From: Bacteriovoracaceae bacterium UBA6166
GTDB lineage: Bacteria; Bdellovibrionota; Bacteriovoracia; Bacteriovoracales; Bacteriovoracaceae
DNA: 64,000 nucleotides
Assembly: GCA_002435795.1 (NCBI GenBank)
Contig: DIUE01000068.1
Span: 58,552 to 122,551, forward strand
Reading direction: 5' to 3'
The notes under the pieces were generated by a model that did no database searches, was not told where the DNA came from, and saw only the letters and a program-made list of their open reading frames with translations. Numbering within the stretch: position 1 is the first letter of the stretch; each line of letters opens with the position of its first letter. Positions 1-8,717 of the stretch are shown in pieces. The position numbers and the translations under genes were made by a program.

Positions 1-755
1 ACGTCATTGATCTTTTTGTCACTGGACAGTCGCTAACGGTTTCAGTAACGATTCCCGAAGGAAGAAATCTTTTTGATATTGGGAAGCTTTTAGAGCAAGC
101 GGAGATTACCAACTACGATGAATTCGTAGCTCTCGCAAAAAACTCCGACTTCGTCAAAGAACTAGGACTAGAAGGTGCTAGAGTGGAAGGCTATCTTTTT
201 CCAGATACCTATCATTTTTCTAAAAACACTCCTGCAGCGACAGTCATTCGAACAATGGTCAATTCGTTTAAATCTAAAACGGCAGATCTAGATTTTACTC
301 ATCCCCTCTTGAAGACTCCGCACGAAGTTGTCATCTTAGCTTCTGTTGTTGAAAAAGAAACAGGTGCTGCATGGGAGCGCCCAATCATCGCAGGAGTCTT
401 TCTCAATCGTTTAAAAAAACCTATGCGTCTCCAATCTGACCCAACGACGATTTATGGAATATATGAAAACTGGACTGGCAATCTAAGAAAAAAACATCTT
501 CAAGAAACCACGCCCTATAATACCTATCGTATCAACGGACTCCCTAAGGGCCCAATCGCCAACCCTGGACTTGAGGCAATCAAAGCCGTTTTAAATCCCG
601 AGGAGCATGGCTATTATTATTTTGTGAGCAAAAATGATGGAACCCATATTTTTTCTACGACCTATAAAGATCACAATGCTGCCGTAGAGGAATGGCAAAA
701 GAATCCCGCCAACCGCAAAGGACGCAGCTGGCGAGAGCTACAACCCAATCAGTAA
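1..755 (+). CDS. mltG: endolytic murein transglycosylase MltG/YceG, 5' end outside window
   Basis: Frame 3 is open from nt 3 with no stop (..TIPEGRNLFDIGKLL..). YceG signatures EGYLFPDTYHF, PYNTY and GLPKGPIANPG. The track start at 183 is only an internal GTG. Confidence 0.9.
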   Translation, partial: VIDLFVTGQSLTVSVTIPEGRNLFDIGKLLEQAEITNYDEFVALAKNSDFVKELGLEGARVEGYLFPDTYHFSKNTPAATVIRTMVNSFKSKTADLDFTHPLLKTPHEVVILASVVEKETGAAWERPIIAGVFLNRLKKPMRLQSDPTTIYGIYENWTGNLRKKHLQETTPYNTYRINGLPKGPIANPGLEAIKAVLNPEEHGYYYFVSKNDGTHIFSTTYKDHNAAVEEWQKNPANRKGRSWRELQPNQ

Positions 756-1228
756 TCAAGACCTGATTTTCTCAAGTGGATTTTAGATTTTGATTCTGGA
801 TGATGATGAATTGAGTTGATGACTTCTGCTATCACAATTTCATGGTCACCTGGTTTTGACTTCGAAACAAAAACGCATTCGATTGTCGACTTTGCGTTTT
901 TAAAAGCGACAGTATTATTCGCGGTGACCTCGTGTTCAATTTGATTGAATGGATTATTCTCAGGCGCGTACCCCGACCAGAAATGCTTAAGGTATCCCAT
1001 CTCATGATCTCCTACGATATTGATTGAGAATGCTTTGCCCGAAATCAGATGCTGATAGCCTCTGCGATCAGGATTAACCGCAAGGCTAATTAACAATGGA
1101 CTAAAAGAAACTTGCTGGACCCAGCTTGCGAGATAGCCTTCCTTTGTTTCACCATCAAAAGTTGTGACGATAAAAAGACCTGAAGGAATATGGCCCACGG
1201 CCTCGGCTTGTGTTTTTAAATCAGACAT
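749..1228 (-). CDS. flavin reductase-like (FMN-binding split-barrel) domain protein
   Basis: 159 aa. IPSGLFIVTT and YLASWVQQVSFSPLLISLAV resemble the flavin reductase-like domain family. Convergent 7-nt overlap with mltG. Confidence 0.65.
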   Translation of the reverse strand: MSDLKTQAEAVGHIPSGLFIVTTFDGETKEGYLASWVQQVSFSPLLISLAVNPDRRGYQHLISGKAFSINIVGDHEMGYLKHFWSGYAPENNPFNQIEHEVTANNTVAFKNAKSTIECVFVSKSKPGDHEIVIAEVINSIHHHPESKSKIHLRKSGLDY

Positions 1229-1332
1229 AGGAACTCCCTATTAACTAGTTAATTGAGTTCTTAGACTAGACTAATTTTTCGAAACTGGCCCATGTGATTG
1301 TGAAATATTGAGGAAAACGAGTTTGAATGAAG

Positions 1333-1362
1333 GAAAAAAGGCCCGCTCATAAAGAGCGGGCG
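1333..1362 (-). terminator. rho-independent terminator after the 1375..1932 gene
   Basis: Stem gcccgctc (1341-1348), loop ataaa, stem gagcgggc (1354-1361). A U-run follows on the minus-strand transcript (plus gaaaaaag 1333-1340). Confidence 0.7.
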
Positions 1363-1374
1363 CTTAATTAAAGA

Positions 1375-1932
1375 TTAACGAACGCTTATATCACAGATTG
1401 AGAGAGCAAAATCTCTGAAGCCTCTGGTGCAATTAAGTTCTCCAACACCGTCGCCAAAGAAATCACCTTCAAGCACTGCAACTTCCCCTGGCTGTCTGCT
1501 GATACGAGATGGGCGATTATGAGTAATTGCATGTTGGCTACGACTTGCTTCCAAGGCCTCGTGAAATTTCTTGAATGCACCCGTTCTTGAAGAAACTCTC
1601 AAGAAACCGTCTTGAACGGTAGCCCCACCAAGCTCGCTATTCTTAAGTTCAAATCTCAAAACGGCGCCAGTAATATCAGCAGGGTTAGCAAGATTTAGGT
1701 TGAAGCCATCACCGTCGAATGAAGTGGCAGGAGCAACCCATGGGTTCACTCGCTCTGTGACAAGTGGCGACTTAATAAGAGCGTCAACAAGCTTTTCAGT
1801 GAAGGCGCTTGAGGGATCAAGAGCGATCGTAATGGTGGTTGTGACTGAACTCGTTGTCATGCTTATGCTGGGTGAAGCGTGAGTCTGAGCTGTCATGGCG
1901 ATGAGGACAAATAGGCTGATCAAAGTTTTCAT
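1375..1932 (-). CDS. secreted protein of unknown function
   Basis: 185-aa ORF with N-terminal signal peptide (MKTLISLFVLIAMTAQTHA/SP), followed by a strong terminator. No motif recognised. Confidence 0.5.
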   Translation of the reverse strand: MKTLISLFVLIAMTAQTHASPSISMTTSSVTTTITIALDPSSAFTEKLVDALIKSPLVTERVNPWVAPATSFDGDGFNLNLANPADITGAVLRFELKNSELGGATVQDGFLRVSSRTGAFKKFHEALEASRSQHAITHNRPSRISRQPGEVAVLEGDFFGDGVGELNCTRGFRDFALSICDISVR

Positions 1933-2003
1933 AAATATCTCCTTGTGGTTGTGGGTCTTGTGACCTTGCTACAAAGAGAAATTACTCCAACCATGGACCC
2001 ATG

Positions 2004-2017
2004 ACACTCTAGAGTGT
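2004..2017. promoter_or_regulatory. 14-bp perfect palindrome (candidate operator)
   Basis: acactctagagtgt equals its own reverse complement. Lies about 75 nt upstream of the ATG at 1932 (minus strand). Confidence 0.3.
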
Positions 2018-2029
2018 ATGAGAATAAAT

Positions 2030-2049
2030 GATGCAATTTGATGCAATTC
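2030..2049. repeat. tandem 10-nt direct repeat
   Basis: gatgcaattt followed by gatgcaattc, head to tail, in the intergenic region upstream of the 1375..1932 gene. Confidence 0.5.
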
Positions 2050-2124
2050 TAACCGGCCGAAAAGGGGTCGATATCCCAAAATTACTCGGCATCTAGCATT
2101 CAGCCCCTAGATATTCTAAAAGCA

Positions 2125-2310
2125 TTATCTGAACTGAACAGCCTTCATTTGGTAATCTTGAAGATTGGCCGTGCGTGACTCGAGTCTTGAAACCTGTTGA
2201 GAGAGATCTTGCCAACGTTTTTCAGAGACTTCGTACTGAGAATTTTGCTTTGGGCTTTGGGTTGAACAACTTACAGTCAAAACAAGTAAAATTAGGGTAA
2301 GTAAACGCAT
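2125..2310 (-). CDS. small lipoprotein (61 aa)
   Basis: Internal start MRLLTLILLVLTVSC has a signal peptide plus lipobox-like TVSC. It is preceded by AGGAGGATTT-ATG (plus cat 2308-2310). The longer track ORF start at 2367 has no RBS. Confidence 0.5.
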   Translation of the reverse strand: MRLLTLILLVLTVSCSTQSPKQNSQYEVSEKRWQDLSQQVSRLESRTANLQDYQMKAVQFR

Positions 2311-2460
2311 AAATCCTCCTTGAAGGTCAGATCCCCTTTCCTTGTGGATCTGATGATCAAGGAGCAAAACAAAAGCCAGTTTTTAGATCGAATAATCGCT
2401 CGCTTAGTTCAACTTGGCTGGCACCGGTTACTTATTGACCCCAAAAACTAGGATCAAAAG

Positions 2461-2961
2461 ATGAAAACGCTTATCACCTTGCTTCTACTCAGTCTTCTCA
2501 GCTTGCCAGTTCAAGCAAACGATTGCGGGCTAAACTTATGGAATGAAATGGCCATAGATCAGAGAGCAGAGCTTCTCTATGACCTTGATTACTTCGCCTC
2601 TGACCTCCCCGAATGCCTGAGTGCCTTGAGCTATGAAGATCTTAAGCTTGCCGCTCATAAAGAGTATGCGGAGCAAATCATTGCCAAATTTCACGACTCT
2701 GTTGACCGGGAAGGAATCGAGCAGAGTGATTTTATCGTAGAGACTGATCCGGAACTTAACTACCTTTACGTACTTGTTTCTGATCAGGGCGTAATCCTTG
2801 GAGGCATAGTGAGTTTTTTCCAAGAGGGCCTTGATGAAGAAGGCAACGAAGGGGATATCAGTTGGAGTGCTACTGTCCGTTTCGATTCTACTGGTGACTT
2901 GCTAACAGATGAAAATGGCACAGGATTCGAAGATCTTTATTATGAGTGGTCAGGGCATTAA
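2461..2961 (+). CDS. secreted acidic protein of unknown function
   Basis: 166 aa, signal peptide MKTLITLLLLSLLSLPVQA/ND, D/E-rich. No motif recognised. Confidence 0.5.
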   Translation: MKTLITLLLLSLLSLPVQANDCGLNLWNEMAIDQRAELLYDLDYFASDLPECLSALSYEDLKLAAHKEYAEQIIAKFHDSVDREGIEQSDFIVETDPELNYLYVLVSDQGVILGGIVSFFQEGLDEEGNEGDISWSATVRFDSTGDLLTDENGTGFEDLYYEWSGH

Positions 2962-3182
2962 GAAAAATACTGTCTACGTTTTAAACAGTTTGTTCGAATC
3001 GTGACGGCAACACTCGAAAAACGCCTTGTAAATCGCTGTTATTATGCGCTTTTTTTGGCCCTTGCTTTGCTTAAAGAGTAGACAGAACGACGGCCCCTTA
3101 CTGTGAAAAAAAGGAAGGGGCCCTCGCATTCGACACTGAATTTGAGCATGATTGAGTCACCATTTCGAGCAAGGATCACTGA

Positions 3183-4352
3183 ATGACATCAAACAAGACC
3201 AGCTTCCTGACAATCTGCCAACTAGTAGCACTTAGTGTGTTTACTTGGTCAACAGTCTCTGCTCAAACTTCTACTACTATTCATCCAGATCTTTTAAGAC
3301 AAGTTCTTAAAAAAGAAACGAATACTAATACTGAAAAGTCCTCTTCATTAACATTTGATATCTCAGAACTTTCTTCTCCTTATGCAAGCTGGGGAATTGA
3401 TCCAACAAATTCATTATCGGGAATCAATCTAAAAGGCGCTTGGGAAAATTTCATTAAGAGAAGAGATGTTGTTGTTGCCGTCATCGATACAGGAATTGAT
3501 CCAACTCACCCATTTCTTAAAGACAATATGTATCTTCCAGGCTCACAAGCTTCAGCTACAAATTACGGCGTTGATTTCTCTAAAAATCGCAAAGATCTTA
3601 ATCAACCATTTGATACTCACGGACACGGAACTCACGTCGCAGGAATCGTCAAAAGTGTATTTCCAGATGTGAAGATTCTGACTTTGAAATACTATAATCC
3701 ACAAGCTTCAGGACAAGATAACCTTAACTCAACAATTGAAGCTCTTCGCTACGCTGTTGACCACGGTGTTGATATTATTAATTACTCTGGTGGAGGGCCT
3801 GAGCCATCGCTAGAAGAGTTAAGAATTTTGAAACTCGCAGAAAAGAAAGGGATTCTCGTTGTGGCAGCTGCAGGTAATGAAGAATCAAATATTGATCAAA
3901 AATCTAATGCTTACTACCCAGCAAGCTACGGTCTGAGCAATATCATTACAGTGACGGCCCACGATCAAGGTATCAACACTCTCGCCTCTTCAAACTATGG
4001 GAAGAAAAGCGTTGATATCTCAGCTCCAGGTCACAGAATTAAGTCTAGCCTTCCGAACTCGAGAGCTGGTTTTTTAACGGGAACTTCACAAGCGACGGCT
4101 TTCGTTTCTGGTGTTGCCGCTCTTCTTAAGTCTCAGTATAGCGAACTCAATACTGATCACTTGAAAGAATTGATTGTAAAATCAGCTTACCCAGAAGCCA
4201 CTCTTAAAGAGAGAACATCTTCAGGTGGACGTCTTGATGCTTTAAGAGCACAAGCTTTAGCTGAAAAACTCAATGGTCAAATTAATCAAAACAGAGGCCT
4301 TGCAGGTCAGATTCAAACGATCCAGAAAAGTAGTGCTGCCCCTGTTCGCTAG
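3183..4352 (+). CDS. secreted subtilisin-like serine protease (peptidase S8)
   Basis: Catalytic triad motifs in order: VAVIDTGID (Asp), HGHGTHVAG (His), GTSQATAFVSG (Ser). N-terminal signal peptide. AAGGA lies 8 nt upstream of the ATG. Confidence 0.92.
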   Translation: MTSNKTSFLTICQLVALSVFTWSTVSAQTSTTIHPDLLRQVLKKETNTNTEKSSSLTFDISELSSPYASWGIDPTNSLSGINLKGAWENFIKRRDVVVAVIDTGIDPTHPFLKDNMYLPGSQASATNYGVDFSKNRKDLNQPFDTHGHGTHVAGIVKSVFPDVKILTLKYYNPQASGQDNLNSTIEALRYAVDHGVDIINYSGGGPEPSLEELRILKLAEKKGILVVAAAGNEESNIDQKSNAYYPASYGLSNIITVTAHDQGINTLASSNYGKKSVDISAPGHRIKSSLPNSRAGFLTGTSQATAFVSGVAALLKSQYSELNTDHLKELIVKSAYPEATLKERTSSGGRLDALRAQALAEKLNGQINQNRGLAGQIQTIQKSSAAPVR

Positions 4353-5044
4353 AGATTGAGATAGCGAAAAACGGCGAGGCCGAGAGACACAGATGCCATC
4401 GTCATCAGGGTAATCCGAAGGATTGCCCCAGTCGTTAAGAGCCCAAACCAACGGCGATAAAGAAATTGATTTTGAATTCTTTCTTCATAAGCATTTTGTC
4501 CATCTGCGATCGCGAGTTGGATAATTTGATAAAGTAAATGATCGTCTTGCTCTGTGATTTCATCAAGTGGCGCCCAAATCACTTCTTGGTCTACTTGGTA
4601 GTGAATCATTTCCCCAATAAGATCTTTCAATTCCACTAAGAAAAACTTTCGTCTTGAGTCTTGATTGGAAGTCGTAAAGTACTCAATCAAAAGTCGGTAG
4701 CGGTGAATGAGGTTGCGTTTGTATTGGAGTACTCGCTCAGGGTAAAAACGTTGCATCTGAGTCAGGCTCAGGCCCATCAAGCTCATTGAAGCCAGATAGG
4801 AAGACTTAAGAGATTGAAAGCTCTTCTCGCCCATCGCTTCGCCGTAAGGATCAAATTGCAGCTGAAAACCGCAGGCCTCACATTCACTTTCGCTTAAATA
4901 GATTGAGCCACATTTAGGGCAAGTTTGAACGGGAGATTGATTCTCTTTTAATAAGGGTCTTAAAGGACTTAAGGTTTTTCGGGCGAGGACAGGACGTTCG
5001 GGAGAGGTCATCATAATCTCTGCTTTAAATGTTAAATACAGCAT
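4349..5044 (-). CDS. zinc-ribbon protein with C-terminal TM helix, unknown function
   Basis: CPKCGS..x11..CEACG zinc-ribbon near the N-terminus and a hydrophobic C-terminal segment (LLTTGAILRITLMTMASVSLGLAVF). Start uncertain (MLYL.. or MMTSPE..). Confidence 0.45.
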   Translation of the reverse strand: MLYLTFKAEIMMTSPERPVLARKTLSPLRPLLKENQSPVQTCPKCGSIYLSESECEACGFQLQFDPYGEAMGEKSFQSLKSSYLASMSLMGLSLTQMQRFYPERVLQYKRNLIHRYRLLIEYFTTSNQDSRRKFFLVELKDLIGEMIHYQVDQEVIWAPLDEITEQDDHLLYQIIQLAIADGQNAYEERIQNQFLYRRWFGLLTTGAILRITLMTMASVSLGLAVFRYLNL

Positions 5045-5086
5045 ATCTTGAGCAGAGACTCGTTGGCAAATTTAGGGGGAACCCCT

Positions 5087-6754
5087 ATGATAAACGGAAA
5101 CATGTACGCCATCTACCTGCACCCCCTATTCCGCTTCGGGCTTCTTCCCTTCCTTGGGGGACTCGCTTACGCTGCAGGTTTTCCAAACAAGAACGATACA
5201 ACATTTTTTTTAGGTCCCTTGCTCGGTATGGGCTATTTGCTTTGGGTTTTGTTTCCGACTGATAGTGAAAAAAAATCTGAAAATCGATTGTTTAAAGAGC
5301 TAGGGGCAGTTTTAAGTTTTTCCGTTGGTCACTATCTTTTGGGCTTTTACTGGATACCTTATACCATCGAAGTTTTTGGCCAAGTTCCCTTTCCCTTTAA
5401 TCAAACTTTAGGACTCTTTTTTTCTTTGATTATATTGCCGCAGTTTTTAGTTTTTCTTTTACTCAAATACCTCTTTTTGAAATTTGAAATTCGTCGTCTC
5501 TGGCCGGTCGCCACTCGCGAGAGGGCCCATCTTTTTTTCGCCCTCACTTTCACTCTATTAGAATATTTCACGCCACAACAATTCCCAAGCCATCTGGGTC
5601 ACCCATGGCTGAGTTTTGCCCCTTATTTAGGAACCGCTCCCATTCTAGGGGTAGCTGGTTTTTCGTTCTTTAGTTATTATCTCATTCTCATCCTCATTAG
5701 CTATTTCCAAAAACAAGGTTTGAATAAATCCGGTCCAATCTTTATTGCACTCTTTATCATTTTTAATTTTGCTATCCCTTTAACAAAGCCGTCCTTAACA
5801 AATGAGACCACTCAGTCAGTGAATATTCGAATGGTCCAACCGAATATTGGGAACTATTTAAAGGTAAGTTCTGAAACAGGTGATGCCCAGTCCTTAGGAG
5901 AAGTTTTAGATCTCTATTATCAATTAACAACTGCCCCTTCTGAAAAACCACTGGACCTTATTATTTGGCCTGAGACCGCCTATCCTCGTTTATTGTCTAG
6001 CTCATTGATGAAATCATCTCCTCTGTATTCTCCAAGGTTGGTGCAAGATTCTTTGAAAGCCCATCAGGCGGAACTTTTTTTTGGTGGCTATGATCAAGTG
6101 ACGAAAGAAACTCTGCCTTCTGATTATTTTGAGACAGAATACAATTCGGCTTTTTTAGTCAATTCAGATGGGCTTCTCAAAGACGTCTATCATAAACGAG
6201 TACTCATTCCCTTTGGCGAGAGTTTGCCATTTGGGCCTTTCAATAAATATTTGAGTCAGCTGATTCAAAATATCTCCTTCTTTGCTCGGGGAGAAAATTT
6301 CACTTTATTTCAAACAGCTCGTCTTCAATCATTTATCTCTGTCATTTGTTATGAAATTCTTTTTTCATCTTATGTTAGGACATACTTGAACGAAGTAGAG
6401 CGACATCCACTTTTTTTGGTTAACCTGACTAATGACTCTTGGTACGGTGATACGGCTGAACCCTTTCAACATCTTTTCTTGGCCAAGTGGCGTGCCCTTG
6501 AATTTGATATCCCTATTTTGAGAATGACCAATACGGGTATTACCTCAGTTATTTATCCTGACGGAAGTGAGGGGCGTAGACTTCTGCCATTTACGCTTGG
6601 GAATTTAGATGAAGAAGTTGCGCTTAAAAATCGCAAGGGAACTTGGTTTCAGTTCTTCGGGATTTGGGGAATTCTTTTGCTTGTCATCGGGCTTTATGGT
6701 TTGAATGAGCTTTTCAGTCTTCTCTTTTCGAAACGGAAAAGCCCTCTTTCATAA
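5087..6754 (+). CDS. lnt: apolipoprotein N-acyltransferase
   Basis: Multi-TM N-terminal half, then a CN-hydrolase domain with IIWPETA, ICYEILF and NLTNDSWYG. ATG at 5087 is preferred because GGGGGA lies 8 nt upstream; the track start is TTG at 5048. Confidence 0.9.
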   Translation: MINGNMYAIYLHPLFRFGLLPFLGGLAYAAGFPNKNDTTFFLGPLLGMGYLLWVLFPTDSEKKSENRLFKELGAVLSFSVGHYLLGFYWIPYTIEVFGQVPFPFNQTLGLFFSLIILPQFLVFLLLKYLFLKFEIRRLWPVATRERAHLFFALTFTLLEYFTPQQFPSHLGHPWLSFAPYLGTAPILGVAGFSFFSYYLILILISYFQKQGLNKSGPIFIALFIIFNFAIPLTKPSLTNETTQSVNIRMVQPNIGNYLKVSSETGDAQSLGEVLDLYYQLTTAPSEKPLDLIIWPETAYPRLLSSSLMKSSPLYSPRLVQDSLKAHQAELFFGGYDQVTKETLPSDYFETEYNSAFLVNSDGLLKDVYHKRVLIPFGESLPFGPFNKYLSQLIQNISFFARGENFTLFQTARLQSFISVICYEILFSSYVRTYLNEVERHPLFLVNLTNDSWYGDTAEPFQHLFLAKWRALEFDIPILRMTNTGITSVIYPDGSEGRRLLPFTLGNLDEEVALKNRKGTWFQFFGIWGILLLVIGLYGLNELFSLLFSKRKSPLS

Positions 6755-7721
6755 GATCGTGAAGGCGTAGAAATCCTAAGATTCGTTCATCTTCAATCAC
6801 AGGAATAATATTTAAAGGCTTCTCACGACGCTCCATCAGTTCGAGTGCCTCAAAAGCTAGCTGCTCTGGGAGCACAGAAATAGGTTTTTGATTGGCAATC
6901 GCCGACAACTCAGTTTCAAGGCCCGTGGAAAATGAAGTCAGTGTTCTTCTGATATCACCTTCAACTAGAATTCCGTGAAATTTTCCAGACTGGCTTAAAA
7001 CCGCACATGCACCCACAGGCTTCGCCGTCATTTCAATTAAAGCCTCTTTCAATTTTTGAGTGGTTGTCATCACAGGGCAATCTTTAATGGGAACCATAAT
7101 ATCTTTTACTTTTACTCTCAAAGACTTTCCGAGCAAGCCACCCGGATGGTTGAAGGCAAATTTTTCTTTCGAGAGGCCGACCTGCGCTTCATACAAAACA
7201 GCGAGAGCATCGCCCATAGCGAGGGCCACGGTGGTGCTGGTCGTTGGGGCTTGGTTATTAAGACAGGCCTCTTTTTCAACTGAACAGTCTAACACCAAAT
7301 CACAAAATTCAGCGATAGGTGAATGAATATTTCCAAGCAGACCGACAAGCTGGCCCTTGGGTTGGCTTAAATAAGTTTTAAGTTTTATGATTTCTTCCGT
7401 TGTGCCTGACTTACTGATGAAAACAATAACGTCATTTGGGCGAACTCTGCCGAGATCACCATGTAAGGCTTCAGTTGGGTGAAGTGAAAATGAAGCGACA
7501 CCTAAAGAGCAAAATGTTGAAGCTAATTTTTTAGCAATCAGGCCTGACTTTCCGACCCCGCAGAAAATCAGTTGAGAGTCGTTGAGGATCATGGAATCAA
7601 AAAGAATGGTGGCTTTCAGAGCGTCTTGCTCGGTTATCTTTTTCGCTGCTGACAAAAGACTTTGAGCTTCTAGTTCAAGCACATTTTGCAAAATTTTTAA
7701 TTGTTTCTTTCTGTCGCTCAT
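6714..7721 (-). CDS. kdsD: arabinose-5-phosphate isomerase (KpsF/GutQ/KdsD family: SIS domain plus two CBS domains)
   Basis: SIS motif FCGVGKSGLIAKKLASTF, ..ISKSGTTEE.., and a C-terminal CBS pair. Convergent 41-nt overlap with lnt. Confidence 0.88.
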   Translation of the reverse strand: MSDRKKQLKILQNVLELEAQSLLSAAKKITEQDALKATILFDSMILNDSQLIFCGVGKSGLIAKKLASTFCSLGVASFSLHPTEALHGDLGRVRPNDVIVFISKSGTTEEIIKLKTYLSQPKGQLVGLLGNIHSPIAEFCDLVLDCSVEKEACLNNQAPTTSTTVALAMGDALAVLYEAQVGLSKEKFAFNHPGGLLGKSLRVKVKDIMVPIKDCPVMTTTQKLKEALIEMTAKPVGACAVLSQSGKFHGILVEGDIRRTLTSFSTGLETELSAIANQKPISVLPEQLAFEALELMERREKPLNIIPVIEDERILGFLRLHDLMKEGFSVSKRED

Positions 7722-7758
7722 CTAGCCCTCTTTCCTAATATGCTGTAAAATAACTCTA

Positions 7759-8319
7759 ATGAAAAGACACAATCCCTCTGAACCTTTCAAAATGACGGCC
7801 CTTTTGAACGCTTTTCTGGTGTCCTTTCTCATGTTCACACAGTTTTCTTGCGCTTCCTACGAACAATTTCAATATATGACAGAAGAATTTGAAATCCCCT
7901 CTGAGGTTTTCAACTCTGATTACACACAAACCTGGCAAGCGGTTTTGCAAGTGATGAGATCTTACAATCTCTCAATGACCAATCAAGAAGCCGGAGTGAT
8001 CAAGACTCGCTGGACTGATAATACATTAGAACTGAACTTTGCTGATGCTTTTGGATCAAGTGATTCTGTTCGGGCGGCCAAATTTATGTTGATCGTGAAT
8101 GTTGTCAAAGGCTTTAGGGGTGACAGAGAAGTCTGTAAGGTTACTGTCTTTAAGCGGCAAATGGTCGAGCAAGACTTTCTTCAGGGTTATAAAATTATTC
8201 CGACAGATGGCATTTTAGAAAAATCTCTTCTTTATAGAATCGGGCGCAATATTCAAATTGAAAACCAGCTCAAGAAGATTGAAGAAAAACGTCAGAAAGA
8301 ACAAGAACTCGCGTTCTAA
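7759..8319 (+). CDS. putative lipoprotein, unknown function
   Basis: 186 aa. Hydrophobic N-terminus ending ..FTQFSC (weak lipobox) and a charged C-terminal helix. No motif recognised. Confidence 0.45.
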   Translation: MKRHNPSEPFKMTALLNAFLVSFLMFTQFSCASYEQFQYMTEEFEIPSEVFNSDYTQTWQAVLQVMRSYNLSMTNQEAGVIKTRWTDNTLELNFADAFGSSDSVRAAKFMLIVNVVKGFRGDREVCKVTVFKRQMVEQDFLQGYKIIPTDGILEKSLLYRIGRNIQIENQLKKIEEKRQKEQELAF

Positions 8320-8410
8320 TCATCAAGTTTTTATTTTTATCAGTTAAAGATCTATACATAGTCGTTACTTAGATTCTTTTTTACCATTGGCTGCTTGCAG
8401 ATTCAAAATA

Positions 8411-8716
8411 ATGAATCAAGCAAACTGCCCCCACTGTCAGTCCCCTCGCTACCGCATCCATGGATACTACCGTCGAAGCTCAGATGGAGAAAAACTCACT
8501 CGTTGGCAATGCTATAACTGCGAGCGAACATTCTCAACAGCGACCTTGAGCTCGTGTTATGGGCAAAACAAACGCAAAATTAATTCGCTTTTATCAGAGT
8601 TGATTAATGCGGGAGTATCGGAGAGGCGTTCCGCACATATATTGGGGGTAACCAGACAGACAATTAAAAGAAAGAAAATCTTTTTAAAAAAGCAAAACGA
8701 AAAAGCCGATAAATAG
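8411..8716 (+). CDS. IS1 InsA-like zinc-ribbon plus HTH protein (orphan)
   Basis: CPHC..x22..CYNC zinc-ribbon followed by an HTH-like SERRSAHILGVTRQTIKRK, as in the N-terminal InsA-type modules of IS1-like transposases. No DDE ORF adjacent. Start taken at ATG 8411; the track start 8387 is TTG. Confidence 0.5.
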   Translation: MNQANCPHCQSPRYRIHGYYRRSSDGEKLTRWQCYNCERTFSTATLSSCYGQNKRKINSLLSELINAGVSERRSAHILGVTRQTIKRKKIFLKKQNEKADK

Positions 8717-8717
8717 T

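Noticed and set aside
2419-2434. TGGCAC hexamer (sigma-54 -24-like) upstream of the 2461 ORF.
   Set aside because: The -12 element is absent: the sequence reads ..cggttactta, with no GC at the required 10-nt spacing from the GG.
3148-3186. 12-codon upstream ORF (MIESPFRARITE) whose TGA overlaps the S8 protease ATG.
   Set aside because: It has no convincing RBS, whereas the protease ATG has its own AAGGA. This is probably coincidental.
5029-5262. 77-aa plus-strand ORF overlapping the lnt start region.
   Set aside because: It is out of frame with, and nested in, the lnt N-terminal TM region. Its translation is Arg/Pro-rich with no motif.
12-8685. 
   Set aside because: 
8685-8712. Very good sigma-28 match (TAAA-N16-GCCGATAA) on the plus strand at the 3' end of the InsA-like ORF.
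   Set aside because: It lies in an A-rich coding sequence (..KKQNEKADK*) and points into the 3' end of a convergent gene with no downstream plus-strand ORF. A chance match is more likely than a real promoter. An antisense transcript cannot be excluded without RNA data.
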